Assembly (NCBI RefSeq): GCF_009914755.1
Contig: NC_060929.1
Length of the DNA: 64,000 bases
Strand: one strand, 5' to 3'
Source of the DNA: the human T2T-CHM13v2.0 reference genome, Homo sapiens
The notes beneath the pieces are model-generated. The model worked only from the letters and a program-made list of their open reading frames with translations, was not told where the DNA came from and searched no databases. Position 1 is the stretch's first letter. Each line of letters opens with the position of its first letter. A program made the translations under genes and the position numbers. Below, one piece after another: positions 26,790 to 41,478 of this stretch.

Positions 26790-27020
26790 CCTCTGTCACC
26801 AGGCTGGAATGCAGTGGCATGATCAACCCTCAAGGCAACCTAAAACTCCTGGGCTCAAATGATCCTCCCTGCCTTAGCCTCCCAAGTAGCTAGGACTATA
26901 GATGTGTGCCACCATGCCTGGCTAACTTTTCAATTTTTTGTAGAGACAAGGTCTTCTTATATTGGCCAGGCTTGTTTTAAACTGCTGGCCTCAAGCAATC
27001 TTCCTGCTTCAGCCTCCCCA
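26790..27020 (-). mobile_element. AluJ-like fragment lacking tail and 5' end
   Basis: 'ctctgtcaccaggctggaatgcagtgg...ctcctgggctcaaatgatcctcc...gtagagacaaggtctt...ctcaagcaatcttcctgcttcagcctccc'. Confidence 0.85.
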
Positions 27021-27611
27021 TGATGATTAATGAGCAGAGAACATGTCTTAGAGGATAAAAGCAGAATTAAGAAAACCAGTTAGAATATAGGAAAAAAGTG
27101 AAAGAGAAGATGGTGACTTGGAGGAAGGAAGTTACAGTAGAGATGTAGAAACCACGTCATATAGGTATCATACTTACCACTGGTTCAGCAACCAGATAAC
27201 ATAGAGCAGTTGAAACCATACAAACTCTTGCTGGTATGACAAAAGGTCAAAATGGCTGCTAGATTTGGTCAAGTCCATCAAAATGGGAAATGTTATGTAT
27301 CTAGTTCAAAAGCAGATTTCATGAATTGCTGGTCCAAAATGTTGTTCTCTGGCCAAATAAGTGTGGAAAACAGACCCAATAGATGTCCCTTCAGAGATAC
27401 ACAGTACACATTAGCATATTGAAAATTCTGAGCAGTCCAGCAGTAAAAAATACTTTGAACAAAACACTCACTGGTAGTAGCCTGAGGGACATGGCTTTGA
27501 ACAAACTGATATGATAGAAAGAGAACCACAATAAGACACCATCATGCTCTGCCATCACTACCTTTATTTTCTGTGATATTGGACACATAATTTTTCCTGT
27601 CAGAACCTCTG

Positions 27612-27944
27612 TGCTATGGTTTAAATGTGTCTCCCAAAAGTTCATGTGTTGGAAACTTAATCCCTCTGCTCTCACGAATGGGTTAATATTGCTATCACAG
27701 GAGTGGGTTTATTATTTTGTGAGTGGCTTTGTTATAAAAGCAAGTTCTCTTTGGCTCTCATGCTCTTGCCCTCACACCATGTAAGGTCTTCTGCCATGTT
27801 ATGACAAGCAAGAAGGCCCCCAAAAGATGCCAGCACCATCTGGACTTGGATTCTCCAGCCTCCATGAGATAAGTACATTTCTTTGCTTTATAAATTACCC
27901 AGTCTGTAATACTTTGTTACAGCAACAGAAAACAAACTAAGACA
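27612..27944 (+). mobile_element. MaLR LTR (MSTB/MSTC-like)
   Basis: tgctatggtttaaatgtgtc ... aaactaagaca termini and 5-bp TSD ctctg/ctcag. Confidence 0.85.
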
Positions 27945-28916
27945 CTCAGTTTTCCCATTAATAAAATATGAGGTCAGAATAATTGTTCATTTACTTTCTT
28001 TAATCAAGTTGGTTAATGTAAAGCTGTTTTTGTGTAAATCCTGAAAGGGTACTTGCTTTGGATAAAGTTGCCAACTCTGTTTAAATGATCGTTTGGCAGT
28101 ACTGCTTCAGTCCACCCTTTATCTCCCGAGTCAATCATGACTTGCTCTCTTATACTCTGTGAGCATTTTCTATCATCTTTTGAAGACAATTAATAACTAG
28201 ATCAGAATGGCTGCTGACCTAAGGTCTGACTCTCCCTAGAGAAGAATTATAAAACTGTGAAGTTGGGTCAGAGATCGATTTGATTTAGAATAGAGCTGAT
28301 ACACTTAGATGTTACTAGGCAACTGCACAGGGTGGGATGGAAGATATATTGATACTCAGACTGTGCCTTGTAATCCCATTTGCTTCAAATCTCAAGGGAT
28401 ACATTTCTTAGCCAAAAACATTGAGTATTGAAAAACATTCCTTTGTTGTTCAAAGATTTTGCCGTACTCGAAAACAATAAACATGCGAGCCATGTTTCTC
28501 TATGTGAATGTCATATTAGCTTTACTTACCATAAAATCCATCCTTTCTTTCTCCCTTCATTTTTCATCTTTAAAAGAGGCCATCAGTTTATTTCTCAGGG
28601 CCTTGAACATTTCCAAGCTATACCTTTGGAAACCACCAGCAAGCCTGAGGAATAGGCAGAACAAAGGAAGAACAGCAGGAGGCTTGTAGAGGGGTTAAAA
28701 GGCCATGGATGAATGACAGTAGGACAGAGGATAAGAATGAGAAACGTAAGAGGAACAATAAATGAAGAAGCAAACTCAATTTGGAGATGGAAAGAGTAAG
28801 CATTTTTCAGATTGATGTTAATGATTTCAGTTTGAAGAGGGGTACTAAACCAAGCCCACTGGGGTCCGATCCCTTTTTTTGTTACCTAATATGGTAACAA
28901 TAGAAGAAAAGATACT

Positions 28917-29216
28917 GCTGGGCATGACAGCTCACTCCTGTAATCCCAGCACTTTGGGAGCCTGAGGCAGGCTGATTGCTTGAGGCCAGGAGTTCGAGAC
29001 CTGCCTGGCCAACGTGGCAAAACCCCATCACTACTACAAATATAAAAATTAGCCAGGCGTGGTGGTGCACGCCGATAATCCTAGTTACTCTGGAGGCTGA
29101 GGCATGAAAATCCCTTGAACCCGGGAGGCAAAGATTGCAGGGAGCTGTGACTGTGCCACTGTACTCCAGCCTGGGTGATACAGCGAGACTCTGTTTAAAA
29201 AAAAAAAAAAAGAAAA
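28917..29216 (+). mobile_element. Alu (AluS/Jb-like)
   Basis: Full Alu with A tail; perfect 15-bp TSD agaagaaaagatact (28902-28916, 29217-29231). Confidence 0.95.
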
Positions 29217-30393
29217 AGAAGAAAAGATACTAAACAATCTATATTCTTACAAAAGAATTTTCTAAGTTCAATGTCAAATTTGGTAGCTCAGTGTCTGGGC
29301 TTCTCTTCGGATCCCAGTTATCAGTTTGGGAAAGAAAGTGGGTATGGCATGAGAAGCATGGAGAGGAAAAGGGTTACACTGGAGAGGAGAAAATCCACCA
29401 GGCATAGAAGAAATGAATATATTGGGAATGCAAGGACAGGAGACAGAAAATAAAGAGACATGAGGGAGTTCAATTTTAGCAGGAGTTTTAGGGAGGTTGC
29501 AAGTAATGGGGCAGAAAAGAGGCTTTGGAGAATGTGTGAGATTAAAAAAAAAAACATATGGTAAGTGTAAAGACAGAGAAAGAAGATTTTAAGGAATATT
29601 TTTGTGGACTGAATTGAAGCTCCTTGTATAACTTTTTTGAGGAACCCCAGTAAGGATTGCAGTCACTTGTAATTGCTTCTGATCGCTCATTCCTGAATAT
29701 GACATAGAACGAAGCCTAGAGGGTGTGCCACCACAATTTATATTAAGATCACACAAAGGGTAGAAAGGAGTGGAAAAGATAAGAGGAGTGAATGGGAAGA
29801 GTACATAGATAAAGGTAAGTGCACAGCAAAGGAACTGTAACATGTTTTCTATCTTCATAAAATACTTAAAATTCTAAACAAGAGAATTTGTGTTAGATCT
29901 AACTGCACTTTCTGGTTGTAAAAGTTGTACTATGAAAGCTGTTTGATATTCACCTAATTTGGCAAATCTTATTTTTTGCCTTGTTAAGGAAATGTTGACT
30001 CTGGCCTACTTTGAGAAGAACACATCTCTCTGAGAAAAGAATAAATTGAACACATTTCCTGATCTTAGTATTTGTGATTCAGTGATCCTGTACCTTTGAA
30101 ACAAATATTAGTATAGTAAATACCGATTGTCCACTCTCATCCCAGTATACCATTTTCACTGGCTTTGGCCTCCTGAGATTTATTTTTCATCAATGTTCTT
30201 GATATTGCTTTCTGTCTTACTTCCTAAGCTGCGTTCAAAGAGGCTGGGTATAATGAAATCACCATCCTATTTCTATTCATGTTAAATGTCATCCAGGGCC
30301 ATTCAGTGACAGCTATAACCATGCCAGAACTCTGTGTTTGGTCGAAGTACCAGTTACTTGACCAGGCATTGTGGGTTTTTGTTTGTTTTTAGA

Positions 30394-30701
30394 TTTTTTT
30401 TTTTTTTTTTTTTTTTTTTTGAGATGGAGTGTTGCTCTGTTGCCTAGGCTGGAGTACAGTAGCCTGATCTGGGCTCACTGCAACTTCCGCCCCCAGGTTC
30501 AAGCGATTCTCCTGCCTCAGCCTCCATAGTAGCTGGGATTACAGGTGCCCACCATCACGCCCAGCTAATTTTTGTATTTTTAGTACAGACAGGGTTTCAC
30601 CATGTTGGCCAGGCTGGTCTTGAATTCCTGACCTCAAGTGATCTGCCTGCCTCGGCCTCCCAAAGTGCTGGGATTGCAAGCATGAGCCACCACATCCAGC
30701 C
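30394..30701 (-). mobile_element. Alu (AluSx/Sz-like)
   Basis: Long T tract followed by a full antisense Alu. Confidence 0.95.
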
Positions 30702-31984
30702 AATGACCAAATACTGTTTTAAGAAAAGTGTCAGCATACAGAATTGTTTAGCAAGTGTGTTTCATAGGACACTGAGCCTTCAGGATACTGTTTGGCAAAA
30801 GTGTTTCTTAGTCAAACAGTTTGATGTGCACTGTGCATAGTGCTGGTATAAGATAATAGCTGTGGGGCTAAAAGTGAAGGGACTAGATTTCTGGTACTAA
30901 GCATGCTCTTAATACTGTTACCTTGTCAAGCAGCTGAAACTCTGAGACTGTAAAATAGAGGTCACACTTTGTCCTCTTCCCATCATAGGGTTACAGCCTG
31001 TAGTTTGGTTGTATTCTTTAAAGTCCTGTCTCTATGGTCAGTGAGCGTATATTAGAATTCCCACCCTGCTATCTAAAGCTACGTGACTAGGTCAAGTTAC
31101 TAAACTTATTCAAGCCTCATTTATTCTTAGGTGTATATAATATTTATCTTGTAGAGTTGTTAGGCTTGAATTAAATAGTTGATATAAAAGAATTATTGTA
31201 GCACTACTTAAATAGTTATTAGGCCAATCATCATTAATGGCAACAATATAATCAACAGCAAGCCTGAAATATTATGTTAAGAAACGTTAGTAATAGTAGC
31301 TGTACCAGCAGCAGTAATAACTGTTGATTGAACACTTACTTTCAAACACTGTTCTCAGAGCTTTACTTATTTACTCCTCACACAACCCCTGTAAGTTATC
31401 TTATCCCCATTTTACTGAGAAGAATGCTGTGGTTCAAAGAGCTTAAACTTGTTCAAGGTCTCACTGTCAGTGGCAGACTAAAATATGCTCCCTTTCTTTT
31501 AGGCGCTAGAGGCTTTTAACCTAACTTCTCTTCCCAAGTTAAGTGAGGCCGTTTCACCTACCCCTTAGATGCTGTTAGTCTCTGTCTTCTAGCTATACGA
31601 GGACTTTAAGGGGGAAAAGCTTGTAGTTCTCTTCAGAGTTCACCAGCAAGTCATTGAGAATGGAAATCAAAGTAGTAGACAGGAGTAAGAAGTGTTAGAA
31701 GCACTTGTGTTTCCCTACTGCTTTTCTTCTTCCTCAATGGCAATTTTTATTTGAATGTTTAATTGTAATTGTGATAGTGCTGTATCTTGACTATAAAAAA
31801 ATGTGTATAAGTACTGATTATTGATTTTAAAAATTGGATGACACTGAGTTCTCAGAAAGGTTATTGCATTGTGAAGTCCATAAAAGGAGGGGCCGAGACC
31901 TTCTATTGAGCATGTAGTACATATTCTGGAAATGTTGGAGAGAGGGTTTCAAACCTTATAGGTCCTAGAAAAAAAATGGGCAAG

Positions 31985-32001
31985 ATTGCCATCTAGTGGA
32001 C
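31985..32001 (-). promoter_or_regulatory. Strong CTCF core motif match
   Basis: Minus strand gtCCACTAGATGGCAat versus consensus CCASYAGRKGGCRS, in apparently non-repeat DNA. Binding cannot be shown from sequence alone. Confidence 0.55.
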
Positions 32002-32208
32002 TCTGAATCACCTTCAGCTAAAAAAAAAAAAAAAAAGTCAGGTTTGGTTTTGTGAAACCTATCTAAAATAAGTGATATTAATGGGTGATTTATTTAAATA
32101 TACAACAGAGGTCAGACCAATATTCCAGATGAATTCTGAGTCGGCAAGTATCAAAGAGAAGACCAAGGGATATCTTGGGGTTTCAGATGCACAGGATGTT
32201 GGCACTAA

Positions 32209-32775
<567 letters not shown>

Positions 32776-33376
32776 TAACACTCACAAAAAAAAAAAAATG
32801 AAAAGGAATCCATTCCAAATTGTATAAATTTTCTCGAACTAGCCTCTCTAGATTCATAGTTACAAAAGGAGATGAATGTCAGTGGTAAATTTTTCCAGGT
32901 ATTCAGGGAAACGTCCAGGAAGCTATTATCACACACCATGGAAGCACTACTTACCTCAGGGTATTTGACTTATCAGTATCTTACTGTAGGTTCAAAAAAA
33001 TCTCTCTACCTGCTGTTTAGAGATGTGTTAAATACATATGCATGATGATTAGGTTATGGAAGTTTTATGATTTCATGGGTTTTTATCTCATTTCTATTCA
33101 GCTATTAAGTTTTGACCTTTGTTCCTATTTCCCATAAATAAAATAAATTAGAGGGGAGAGGAAATTGGAGGGGAGATGAAAAAAGTTTTACTACCTGTAA
33201 CTGCCAGGTTAGATATTTAAGGATACTGGAGTAGTGTACCATTTATTTTGAGTTACGGCTCTTCTCCTTCCAGGCTGCATTATTTGGGGTCTGCTTGTCT
33301 TTACATTTCTGGAATAGAGACAGTAAAAATGTGCTATTCAGCTCAAGGTTCTTGGAAGATTTAAGACAGATGAAGC

Positions 33377-33633
33377 ATACAGAAAGTCAAATATTGCATG
33401 TTCTCACTCATGAGTGGGAGCTAAAAAGTGCGTACACATGGATGTAGAGAGTGAAATGGTGGACAGTGGAAACTCAGAAGTGGGACAGGATGTGTTAGAG
33501 GTGGATGATGAGAAATTACTTAATGTGTACAATGAATGTCATTTGGGTCATGGATAGTCTAAAAGTCCTGACTATGCAAACTTTATTGGGTACAAAATTG
33601 TACGTGTACCCCATAAATTTATATAAATAAAAA
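33377..33633 (+). mobile_element. LINE-1 3' UTR fragment (L1MA/L1PB-like)
   Basis: 'acagaaagtcaaatattgcatgttctcactcatgagtgggagctaaaaa ... gtaccccataaatttatataaataaaaa'. Confidence 0.85.
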
Positions 33634-33754
33634 GTAGAGATGAAGCGTAATAAAGCACTCTATAGGCATAGTCTCTCTCTTCTCTCTTGCTTCCTTTCTT
33701 TCCTTTTTCCTCCCTTCTCTCTGTTGGAAGAAATATTTTTTTTAATTCAGCTGT

Positions 33755-34915
33755 CCTTTTTACTGTTTAATTTCAAATCTGCAGAAAAGTTGAAAAATCA
33801 TTCACTGTGTACCCAAATACACTTCTAGATTTACCAGTTGTTAACATCGGTAAATCTTAACATTGATAAATGTTGTATACCTCATTTGAAAGTTGTATAC
33901 CTCGTAATCTCCATTCCTAAATTCTTCTGCATGTATCTCCTAAAAATGACAGTTTTTCATACATCCATAATCCCATAAACACAACTAAGAAAATTAATAA
34001 TTTCATAATGTTGTCTAATAACATTTACATTCAAATTTCTTTAATTCTCATGAATATTTTCACATTAAATATTTTTAAATCCAAGATTCAACCACGGTTA
34101 ATGTATTGCATTTGGTTGTTCAATCTCTGAGTTTTGTAATCTAGAATAGTACTCCTAAAACCAAATGTTTTATTTTTTATGATGTTGACTTTCTGAAGAG
34201 TGGGCAAATTGTCTTGTAGAATGGCCCACATTCTGGATTTATGATTTTTGCTTATAACTAGATTCAAGTTAAATATTTTTAGTTACAATACTGCAGAGGC
34301 AATATGTATACTTCTTACTGTGTCTAATGAGGAGGTATATTTCAACTATTGGTGATATAAACTTGATCGCTTGGTTAAGCTGGAGACTCCTTAATCATAA
34401 AGGTATATATACTCAGTTACACTTAGTAATTTGTGGGGTGATATTTTGAAACTGTAAACATTCTGTATGCAAATATATTTTGGCCCCAAAGTTTTACACA
34501 CCTATTGATGAACAAACTTTTACTGAATCAGTTATTACCAGGGAGGTTGAAGAATGGTAATTTTCCTCTTTTTTCCTGCATTGATTATCTGGCTGTCTTT
34601 TAAAAGAGCTTTGTTTGTTGTTGTTTTACTTTTTTGGTATTACTATGGACCCAAGATTTTGAAATTTGTATTCGAAGTGTTTTATTGCCATCCTTATCTT
34701 TTTACCCAATCCCGTGTTGTCTGAAATGTGGTCAATGTGAGCCCCGATGGGCTGGTTGCTCTGCTCTTCCGGGTATTTGAGGTACTTCTTGCTTTCTGGC
34801 ACAAGGTGCCCCAGACCCTTCCTGTATCATTTCTAACCTAACCTGAAATTAGCAGTAAAAGGAATGGAGCATGATATTTAGAAACTGAGATCTGAATACT
34901 AGATGAAACTCTATG
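33755..34915 (-). mobile_element. Ancient L1 (L1MC-like) 3' region
   Basis: 'tttcaaatctgcagaaaagttgaaaa', 'atgtatctcctaaaaa', 'gttgactttctgaagagt', similar to the fragments at 7.1-9.4 kb. Confidence 0.65.
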
Positions 34916-35164
34916 CAAATATTTTTAAGACCCTGGTGTTGATGTAAAATAAGATGTAGAGAATTATCCAGCCAAATTTGTGTACTTAATGCCAAATGAT
35001 CCTTCTTTCTGGTTAAATCATCATCCTTCAATTTAGTTTAACTATTTCCTCAAAAAATATCAGAAAAGTCCTAGGTCCCTAAGGATTATAATCATTTCCC
35101 CATTACACACATGCCCTTGGAGCCCTAAACTACTTCTCTATACTCATTATACTTCTAACTATTC

Positions 35165-35890
<726 letters not shown>

Positions 35891-36489
35891 CTCATGGATT
35901 TGCCATTCTCATGTGGGGTCTCAGAGGATACACATGCAAAATACAATATCAGATGACTATAAACATGTAAAGATAATGAACAGAGTGATAAGATGAAGAG
36001 TCACTGGAGAGGGCAGCTTAGGCCAGTACCCTGGGGGGAGACTATAAGATGGGTTTAAGAGGTAGGTGGTGACCAGGTTATTTGGGGTTTATAGACCATA
36101 TAATAAAGATTTGATTTTAATTACAATTTGAAGCTAGTAAAGGGAGGCCACTATGGAGGGTGAGAAGATCCAATTTCTGCTCTAGTAGGATTCACTCTGA
36201 CTTCTGTTTTGTGAATGCACTGAGAAGGAAGAGTGGAAGCAAGGAGACCAGTTGGGGGACTGTAGTGACAATCCAGTTGATAGATGAGGATGGAGAGGCA
36301 AGGTGATAGCAGTGGATTTGGTGAGAAGTGCTCAGATCCCAAGTATATATTGAAGGCAGAGTCTATGGGATTTCCTATTGGGTGAAATAAGTGACAGGCC
36401 AAGAAAGGGTATGTCTATTGGGTTTGAGTTTTGTGTGGATGATTTGAAGGGCGGGTGGATACAAAGAATCAGTGTAATTGAACATTTTT

Positions 36490-37230
36490 TTAGATAGACT
36501 TTATTTTTGGAGTAGTTTCATATTCACAGCAAAATTGAGTAGAAAACAGAGTTCCCATACACCCCCTCCTTCCCACAGCTGCCTCCACCACCAGCATTCT
36601 CAGCCACAGTGGCATGTTTGTTAAAATTGATAAATCTACAATGACAATCATTATCACTCAAAATCCACAATTTACATTAGGGCTAGCGCCTAGTGTTATA
36701 TGTTCTATGGGGTTGAACAATTATATGATAACATATATCTACCATTACAGTATTATACAGAGTAGTTCCACTGCCCTAAGAATCCTCTGTCTCTACCTAT
36801 TTATCCCTTCTTTCCTGTAACTCCTGGAAACCACTGAGGTTTCAAATACCTGCTTAGTCGTATCTATTCCAGAATGTCATGTGTTGGAATCATACAGCAT
36901 GTAGGCTTCTCATATTGGCTTCTTTCACTTAGTAATATGCACTTAAGTTTCCTCCATGTCTTTTCATGGATTGATAGTGCATTCCGTTTTAGTGCTAAAT
37001 AATATTCCATTGCATGGATGTGCCACAGTTAATTTATCCATTCACCTACTGACGGGCGTCTTGGTTGCTTCCAAATTTTGGCAATTATGAATAAAGCTGC
37101 TATAAACATTTGTGTGCAGGTTTTTGTGTGGACATCGATTTTTTTTTTCAGATCATTTAGACAAATACTAAGGAGCAAGATTGCTGGAATATATATGTGG
37201 TAAGAGTATATTTAGTTTTGTAAGACACGT
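36490..37230 (-). mobile_element. L1MC/L1MB-like 3' end (antisense)
   Basis: 'tagactttatttttggagtagtttc..attcacagcaaaattgag', 'tccagaatgtcat', 'ttgcttccaaattttggcaattatgaataaagctgctataaacatt'. Confidence 0.85.
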
Positions 37231-37695
37231 AGACCATTTTTGATTGTATTAAATTCTATAGACAAGGCCTCAAAATCAACTCCTCTATTTCATATATACT
37301 ACATCACAGCAGATAGGTTGTATGTTACTGTCATGTCTATATCAAGGTCTTCGTTTTGTTGTCTTAACACATTTTTTCACAAATTTTTTCTAAGATCAGT
37401 GTAGTGATATTAATGCCGTCTAGTGGAAGAAAATGTGTTCTTAAGAAACACCAGCAACAACAAAAAATAATTCATTAAAAAAAGTAAATAAATTTGAAAT
37501 GTTATTCTGTGCTGAGGAAGAGGGATATTCTACTCTTTCTGCTCAATTTACATGCTACAGTGGAGGCCAAAACTTGGAGAAGAATGGTAGAAAAAAGTAA
37601 TTAACAAAGACTAGGCTACAAGTGAATATCTTGAATCTGAATTTATTCACCAAAGCAATTTGGTATCCTCTTACAAATGCAGAGTTTTTCCAGGG

Positions 37696-37738
37696 GTGTG
37701 TGTATGTGTGTGTGTGTGTGCCCGTGCCCGCGTGTGTG
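37696..37738 (+). repeat. Imperfect (TG)n microsatellite
   Basis: gtgtgtgtatgtgtgtgtgtgtgtgcccgtgcccgcgtgtgtg. Confidence 0.9.
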
Positions 37739-38269
37739 TTGGGGAGGGGTTGTGTAGATGGAAGGGGAAGGGGAGAATTTAAAAGATAAACTTGGTCATT
37801 GTCTTTTGCTCTTCTAATCTAGTTGTGGGGCAAGACCAGCTGTGGCAATGTACACAATATGATTCAGTGTTAAACTGTAAATTGCAGACAGCAGGAGAGA
37901 AAGAACTCAGAAAGCAGAGTGCTCAGAGAAGGTATTACAAAAACTAAACTGGCGTTAGTCTTGAAACATAAGGATATGGATAGGAAACAAGGGTATCATG
38001 AAAATAATAAATTCAGGACAATAAAAAAATGTCTGAATATAGAGTTCACCTATAATATCTATATTCTAATTCACTAGGACTTAAGAAGGTGGGGGTAAGT
38101 GAAAGACTATGAACAGTAATTTTAAAAATATTAAAAGATAATATTAAAAACATTGATAACAGCTAATGATTACTGCTATGTTTGATGTGTAGTCACTATC
38201 CCAAGCACTTCTACATATCTCATTTAAACCCCATAATTATCCTATGAGGTAGATATTACAATTTTTCTA

Positions 38270-38583
<314 letters not shown>

Positions 38584-39199
38584 TAATTTTTTAAATTTTA
38601 ATTTGAGGAAACTGAGTCGTCAAATATTTCAAAACTTTCATGAGATCACAAAGCTAGTAAATGGAGGAGTGTCGATTCACATCCAAAATTCAGATTTCAG
38701 AGTCTACTATGTCTTGAATTCTGCTAGATAGAGTAAAAGAATTGGGACGAACAGATTTAGGAACCTGAATTATGGACCTCATTTTGTTATTTACGTAACT
38801 TGGGAAAATCCCACCCTGTTTCTAGGCATCAGTGTCCTTGTGTACTCGGTGAGAATTTTAAACCACATCACCTCTCAGGTATCTCTTAGTTCCAAAATAC
38901 ATTGATTATATTTAACTAGGATTTGAAGTATTTTGTTCTGATAGTTGAATAACACTAAAATATCTGAAGGTATAGAATCCCATTACTTTAGAATTGATGT
39001 TAAACTATAGGAGTAATTTAATGCACTCCTGACAGATCACACCTCTTTCCTGATGTAAGTTTCCCAGCTTGTAAAGTAAGTGTTCAGATTGTCCTGTATG
39101 GACAACAGTAGTACCATATCAGGGTGCGGTGGTGAAAACCAGCTCTGGATTGAAATGCCACAGGAAAGTCAGCTCAGCAAACAGGCAGCCATGGGAATG

Positions 39200-40050
39200 C
39201 TTCATCCTTGGCTCACTCCCCTCTCACCTCTTGTATCAATCAAGTCCTATTGATATAATTCATAAAGTACTCTTGAATCCATCTGATGCTGTATTGATCG
39301 ATACCCAGGTTCTCCTGAATCCATTCAGAGCGCTCATTCTCACCACCTTTATCCTAAGTCAGGACATCATCATTGTTCTTGAACTACTGCAATAGCTTTC
39401 TAACAGGTCTTCCTGCCTCAAATATGGCCTCCCTCCAACCATTTTTTTAAGCTGTGAGCTGACTAATCCTTCTCAATGGGAAGTCATAGCATAGAAATCT
39501 TCAGTAATACCCCTCCAGTGGCTTCTCAGTGCACTTGGGATGGGTTCCCAGAATTCTCTTGTCTTTAACATGCCTAAGCAGTATATCCCATTCAAGTCAT
39601 GGCTCACCTTCCAGCCCCAGACTTTACCACTTCCTAAAGTGAATCTTACCTTTCAGCCATTTCATATCATATATTCTATCTATACAGGCTTCTGCAGAGT
39701 TTGCTCTGAAAGACAGCACTCCACAAACTCCCTACTTTAATCCCACCCCTACCCAGTCCATCTGGTGCTAGGTTTTAGTCTAGACGTCACTATCACTGAA
39801 AAGCATTGCTTACTTTACTCCTTGTGGTAATCAAGGTGGCCCTTCTGCCTCTCACCATGGCATTCTGTACTGCAGTAATCATAGCACCTGCCACACTGTG
39901 ATGCAGTTACTTTTGTTGCCCACTGGGCCATAAGAACCATGATGGCAAAGATCGTGCCTGCATTGTTCTCACTTGGTTTCCCAGTTCCAGTACAGTGCTT
40001 GTTACTAAACAAATGCTTAATGGATGCGTGAACAAACACGTGAATGAACC
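39200..40050 (-). mobile_element. LINE-2 3' fragment
   Basis: 'actgcaatagctttctaacaggtcttcctgcc', 'ccccagttccagtacagtgc', 'gaatgaa' tail. Confidence 0.7.
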
Positions 40051-40094
40051 AATCAATTGACTGAAAAAAAATACTTAAATATCTAGAAGATTTA

Positions 40095-40490
40095 TAGAAG
40101 AGTTTAAAAGGGCCTAGAGATCACATAGCCTAACTCCCATTTAGAACATGGCTGCTTCCGTACCAGACCTCTGCTAGCCATAGATAAGATAAACCTCAGA
40201 GCTATAAGAGACCCCAAGCCTAAGCCTCTGCTGCTCTTGGTGCTCTCTGACCTCCTTGTGATGCTGCTGAATAACGTCACCTAGATCCTGATCTCTCTTC
40301 TGATCACCCTTGCCCTGGGAGTTTCCTTGCCCTCTTCTTCTGGACTGAGTGGGGGTAGCCTCTGGAAGGTCTCAGACTGTGAAGAAGTATCACCCAGCCC
40401 AAAGAAACCTGTCAGACCTCATTGTGTCCTACTGCTACCTCACGGTCATCTTTTCCCTTGATCAACTACACAATCTTTTGAACTCACCAC
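40095..40490 (+). mobile_element. ERVL LTR (MER74/MER73-like)
   Basis: 'gccatagataagataaacc', 'cggtcatcttttcccttgatca...ttgaactcacca'. Confidence 0.5.
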
Positions 40491-41177
40491 GGCAAGGTTA
40501 GGCTTTATCTTAAGAGTAAATGGGAAGTTATTGAAGAGTTGTTATCCGAGGAGTGACATTGATCTTATGTACATCCAAAAAAAATTTCCCCGGTTGGAGA
40601 GGAGCAGGAGGGAGAACCAGGAGACCAGTTAATAACCTGGGTAAGAAGAGATGGGGCTAGGAATAGAGAAGCAGGCAGATACTGGAGATGGAGAGAAAGA
40701 GATGAAGGTAAGAATTTAAAGGTTGAGTCAATAGGACTTCCTGAGAAGTAGAATGTAAAAGTGAGGGATCAAGGATCAGTGTCTGAACAACTATATGGAT
40801 GATAGGGCCATTTACAAAGATATGCAAGATGGAAAGAAACTGATTTGTGGATTGAAGGGGGAGTGAATAAAAAAACTCAGTTTTGATATATTATGCTTAA
40901 AAACCTAACAGTGATTTCCACAACCCCATCTCTGAAACCTTGTAGACTACTAGTTTCTGTCAGCAGTGTTCTAAAATGTCATCATATGTGGGTGTCTTGG
41001 AATGTGTCTGATTCATCTACTGTTCCGGGAATTTTGTGGGCCCTTTGATGGGTAACTACATGCCCTTTCAGTCTAGGACATGTAAAAAAATAATTTTACT
41101 GGTTTACTTTTTCCTAAATTTATTTAGTTCTGGAATTTCTATTTGGATGTTGGTATACTTGAACTGATTTTGGGCAC

Positions 41178-41478
<301 letters not shown>

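Noticed and set aside
33841-33903. Short direct repeats (ttaacat..gtaaat twice, gttgtatacctc twice); also gtagcagagactg twice at 19719-19752 and ccaggcat three times at ~48674-48704
   Set aside because: These are ordinary slippage-scale micro-duplications in old repeats.
37388-37406. ctaagatcagtgtagt resembles the U2 snRNA 5' region (CTAAGATCAAGTGTAGT)
   Set aside because: Only ~16 nt with a gap, no further U2 sequence and no TSD or tail; compatible with chance.
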